Assembly (NCBI RefSeq): GCF_900128735.1
Contig: NZ_LT667503.1
Coordinates: 60,001 to 92,000, forward strand
Direction of reading: 5' to 3'
Source of the DNA: Candidatus Saccharimonadota bacterium
GTDB taxonomy: Bacteria > Pseudomonadota > Gammaproteobacteria > Enterobacterales > Enterobacteriaceae
Length of the DNA: 32,000 bases
Shown one piece after another: positions 29,561-32,000 of the stretch; within the stretch, counting starts at the first letter, position 1, and the number at the start of each line of letters is the position of its first letter. The notes under the pieces are model-generated. The model saw only the letters and a program-made list of their open reading frames with translations. It ran no database searches and had not been told where the DNA came from. The position numbers and the translations under genes were made by a program.

Positions 29561-29588
29561 TTGACATGTATTTATATATATATATTAG
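29561..29588 (+). promoter_or_regulatory. Candidate sigma-70 promoter for aroH
   Basis: A perfect TTGACA at 29561-29566, a 16-nt spacer, then TATTAG at 29583-29588, about 100 nt upstream of the aroH ATG. In DNA this A+T-rich, -10-like hexamers are everywhere, so only the -35 consensus is noteworthy. Confidence 0.25.
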
Positions 29589-29688
29589 TAAGTTATTTTT
29601 TTTTGATTATTATAAATTGAGATTCATGTGTTCATAAAAATTTAATTATGTCTAATTATTTTTATGAAAAATTATTTTAGAGAGCGCT

Positions 29689-30735
29689 ATGAAAAAAACT
29701 GATGAGTTACGTACTTTTCGTATTGATCCTTTAATAACTTCAGCTGAATTAGCTGTTCGTTATTCAGTTACATCTGCAGTTATGAGTATGATTTTAAAAA
29801 CTAGAAGTAATATAGCGCAGATTTTAGCCGGTGAAGACAAAAGGCTTTTAGTGGTTATCGGACCTTGTTCTATACATGATCCGGTAGCAGCGTTAGAATA
29901 TGCTAGAAAACTACAGATTTTACGTAATAAATTTTCTTCACGCTTAGAAATTGTTATGCGTACCTATTTTGAAAAACCAAGAACAGTGATTGGATGGAAA
30001 GGATTAATTTCAGATCCTGATTTGGATGAAACTTTTAAAGTTAATAAGGGTTTAGAGATTGCTCGAGATTTATTATTGAAAATTAATATGTTAGGTGTTC
30101 CAGCTGCTACTGAATTTCTTGATATGGTAATTGGACAATATATTGCAGACTTAATTAGTTGGGGGGCTATTGGTGCTAGAACAACAGAAAGTCAGATTCA
30201 TCGTGAAATGGCTTCAGCATTATCTTGTCCGATTGGTTTTAAAAATGGAACAGATGGAAATGTTTCGATAGCAATTGATGCTATTCGTTCAGCACAAGCT
30301 CGTCATGTATTTTTAGCGCCTAATAAAGATGGTAAAATAACAATTCATTATACCGCGGGTAATCCATATGGACATATTATTATGAGAGGCGGAAAAACTC
30401 CTAATTATCATCATAAGGATATTTTATTAGCTACGCAAAAATTAAAAAAATTTCATTTAAAAGAATTTTTAATGATAGATTTTAGTCATGCTAATTCTTT
30501 AAAAAAACATTATCGACAAAATAATGTAGCTGAATCTGTATCGAAACAAATTTATGATGGTTCGCTTTCTATTGTGGGAGTTATGATTGAAAGTTTTTTA
30601 GTTGAAGGCTCTCAAAAAGTTAATAAATTAAAAAATTTAGTTTTCGGTCAATCAATTACTGATCCTTGTTTAGGATGGAATGATAGTGTTTTAATTTTAG
30701 AACAATTAGCAAAATCAGTTGATCGACGTTTTTAA
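29689..30735 (+). CDS. aroH: 3-deoxy-7-phosphoheptulonate (DAHP) synthase, class I
   Basis: ORF of 348 aa, MKKTDELRTFRIDPLITSAELAVRY…GEDKRLLVVIGPCSIHD…RLEIVMRTYFEKPRTVIGWKGLISDPDL…. Same length as E. coli AroH (MNRTDELRTARIESLVTPAELALRY…) and nearly gap-free against it. Confidence 0.93.
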   Translation: MKKTDELRTFRIDPLITSAELAVRYSVTSAVMSMILKTRSNIAQILAGEDKRLLVVIGPCSIHDPVAALEYARKLQILRNKFSSRLEIVMRTYFEKPRTVIGWKGLISDPDLDETFKVNKGLEIARDLLLKINMLGVPAATEFLDMVIGQYIADLISWGAIGARTTESQIHREMASALSCPIGFKNGTDGNVSIAIDAIRSAQARHVFLAPNKDGKITIHYTAGNPYGHIIMRGGKTPNYHHKDILLATQKLKKFHLKEFLMIDFSHANSLKKHYRQNNVAESVSKQIYDGSLSIVGVMIESFLVEGSQKVNKLKNLVFGQSITDPCLGWNDSVLILEQLAKSVDRRF

Positions 30736-30752
30736 AAAAAATTATTTTTTTT

Positions 30753-30780
30753 AAATTCTTACTTTTTTTAAAAAGAATTT
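30753..30780 (+). terminator. Weak A/T hairpin plus T-rich tail after aroH (possible terminator)
   Basis: aaattctt (30753-30760), about 12 nt, aagaattt (30773-30780): an 8-bp stem with a single G-C pair, followed by ttttattagtttt. It begins 18 nt after the aroH stop. It is thermodynamically weak and could arise by chance. Confidence 0.25.
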
Positions 30781-30948
30781 TTTATTAGTTTTAATATTAT
30801 AAAAAATAAAATAAAAATTTTGAATAAAATAAATCATATTTGTTAAAATATCAGTTTTTTTGCATTATTAATGTTTCATTAGTTATATTTATCTAATAAG
30901 TAATTAAAATATTATTTTTATATTTTATAAAGTCGTGAAGGACTAAAA

Positions 30949-32000
30949 ATGCCGGTTATTACGTTATGTAATGGAATGAGTAAAACTTATAAACGCGCAG
31001 TTTCTTTAAAAAAAATTATTAAAGATTTATGTCCAATTAGTCAGAGTGAACATTTTATAGCTGGCTGTATTGGTAGAAAAATTATAGATTTGAATACCTT
31101 AATAATTAATGATTCTATCATTATTTTAATTAATCAAAATGATGAAAAATTTTTATCGATGGTCAGGTATTCTTGTATACAATTATTAAATTATGTTTTA
31201 AAACAAATGTGGCCCTCTATAAAACTAGCTGGTGGAAAAATATCAGATTCAGGTTTTTTTTGTGATTTTTATAGCAAAACTTCTTTGAATATGAATGATC
31301 TTCAAAATATTTCAAAAAATATGTCAGATAAAATCGCATTAAAATATGATATTGTTAAAAAAAAAGTCAGTAGTAGTTGGTTTTTATCTTTTTTGAAAGA
31401 AAATAATGAAAATTATCAAATTGATATTTTAAAAGAACATCTAATATCCTCTAAAAGAATTAATATATATTTTCATGAAAAATACTTTGAAGCTTGCCTG
31501 ATGCCTTTAGTTCCTAATATCTCTTTTTGTAGTAACTTTATAATTAAAGATATATCCGGTGCTTATTGGAAAAATAATGAAGAAAATCAGATGTTACAAC
31601 GTATTCATGGTATTGCATGGGCATCAAAGAATCAGTTGTCTTATTATATGACTGCTCTAAAAAAATTGGAAAAACGTGATCATCGTAAAATAGCAAAACG
31701 ATTAAATTTATATCATATACAAAAAAATTCTCCCGGTATGATTTTTTGGCACCCAAATGGATTTGTTATATTTCAAGAATTAAAAAAATTTATACGACTT
31801 AAATTAAAAGAATATTTATATAATGAAGTAAAAAGTCCAATTATTATTGATAAATCTTTATGGGAAAAAAGTGGGCATTGGAAGTTTTATAAAAATTCAA
31901 TTTTTATTACTAATTCTGAAAATCAAGATTATTGTATTAAACCTATGAATTGCCCGGGTCATGTTCAGATTTTTAAGCAAGGTATAAAATCATATAAAGA
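30949..32000 (+). CDS. thrS: Threonyl-tRNA synthetase (5' part; continues beyond the window)
   Basis: Not in the ORF track because it has no stop inside the window. Hand translation from ATG 30949 gives [19 protein letters not shown]…[16 protein letters not shown]…[17 protein letters not shown]…[25 protein letters not shown]…[17 protein letters not shown]…[10 protein letters not shown]…[21 protein letters not shown]. It is open for 350 codons and aligns without gaps to E. coli ThrRS (MPVITLPDGS…[22 protein letters not shown]). GAAGGA box 5-10 nt upstream. Confidence 0.95.
   Translation, partial: [350 protein letters not shown]

Noticed and set aside
29648-29680. A 10-codon mini-ORF (MSNYFYEKLF-stop) ending 8 nt before the aroH ATG. 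It is rich in Phe and Tyr and superficially resembles an aromatic amino-acid leader peptide.
   Set aside because: TTT and TAT are the commonest triplets in DNA of this composition. There is no ribosome-binding site and no alternative hairpins or terminator between it and aroH, and E. coli aroH is not attenuation-controlled. It is most likely chance.
1-32000. A search for an accessory or novel system: CRISPR repeats, IS or transposase ends, integrase or phage genes, toxin-antitoxin pairs, restriction-modification or other defence genes, secondary-metabolite genes and unusual repeat arrays.
   Set aside because: Every ORF of meaningful length is a recognisable housekeeping or biosynthetic gene in conserved enterobacterial order. 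No regularly spaced repeats, terminal inverted repeats or compositional islands are visible. The window is ordinary endosymbiont core genome.

Overview
This window is extremely A+T-rich (by eye about three quarters or more A+T, with intergenic DNA almost pure A/T) and gene-dense. Its content and gene order fit a reduced gammaproteobacterial insect endosymbiont. From memory the synteny best matches Buchnera aphidicola, but I cannot run a search to confirm this. Gene order: fliR | rpmG-rpmB (-) | ppa (-) | pmbA | rnpB (-) | rsmI (-, broken) | fabB-tal-tkt-dapE | dapA (-) | aroC (-) | smrB | hisGDCBHAFI | gnd | metG | tilS (-) | tRNA-Val(GAC) (-) | nth | tyrS | sufA-like (-) | aroH | thrS (5' part, runs off the window). 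Functionally it combines translation housekeeping with an essential amino-acid supply chain: pentose-phosphate genes tal/tkt/gnd, the complete histidine operon, shikimate genes aroH/aroC and lysine genes dapA/dapE. I found no mobile element, CRISPR array, toxin or defence module, or other accessory cassette. I do not think a novel multi-gene system is present; this is conserved core genome. Five points deserve a second look. (1) rsmI is broken at two poly(A) tracts, each exactly one A short, while at least six other A10-A12 tracts in the window are in frame. (2) The rsmI frame has lost its stop codon and reads 99 nt into the RNase P RNA gene. (3) ThrRS has substitutions at five of the six canonical editing-site residues. 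(4) Regulatory and operon context has been lost: no his leader, nth without rsx, sufA without sufBCDSE, and no gene between gnd and metG. (5) Two unusually long non-coding spacers exist, one carrying a perfect 13-bp palindrome. All coordinates and translations were done by hand from the sequence and the ORF track. Comparisons to E. coli proteins are from memory.
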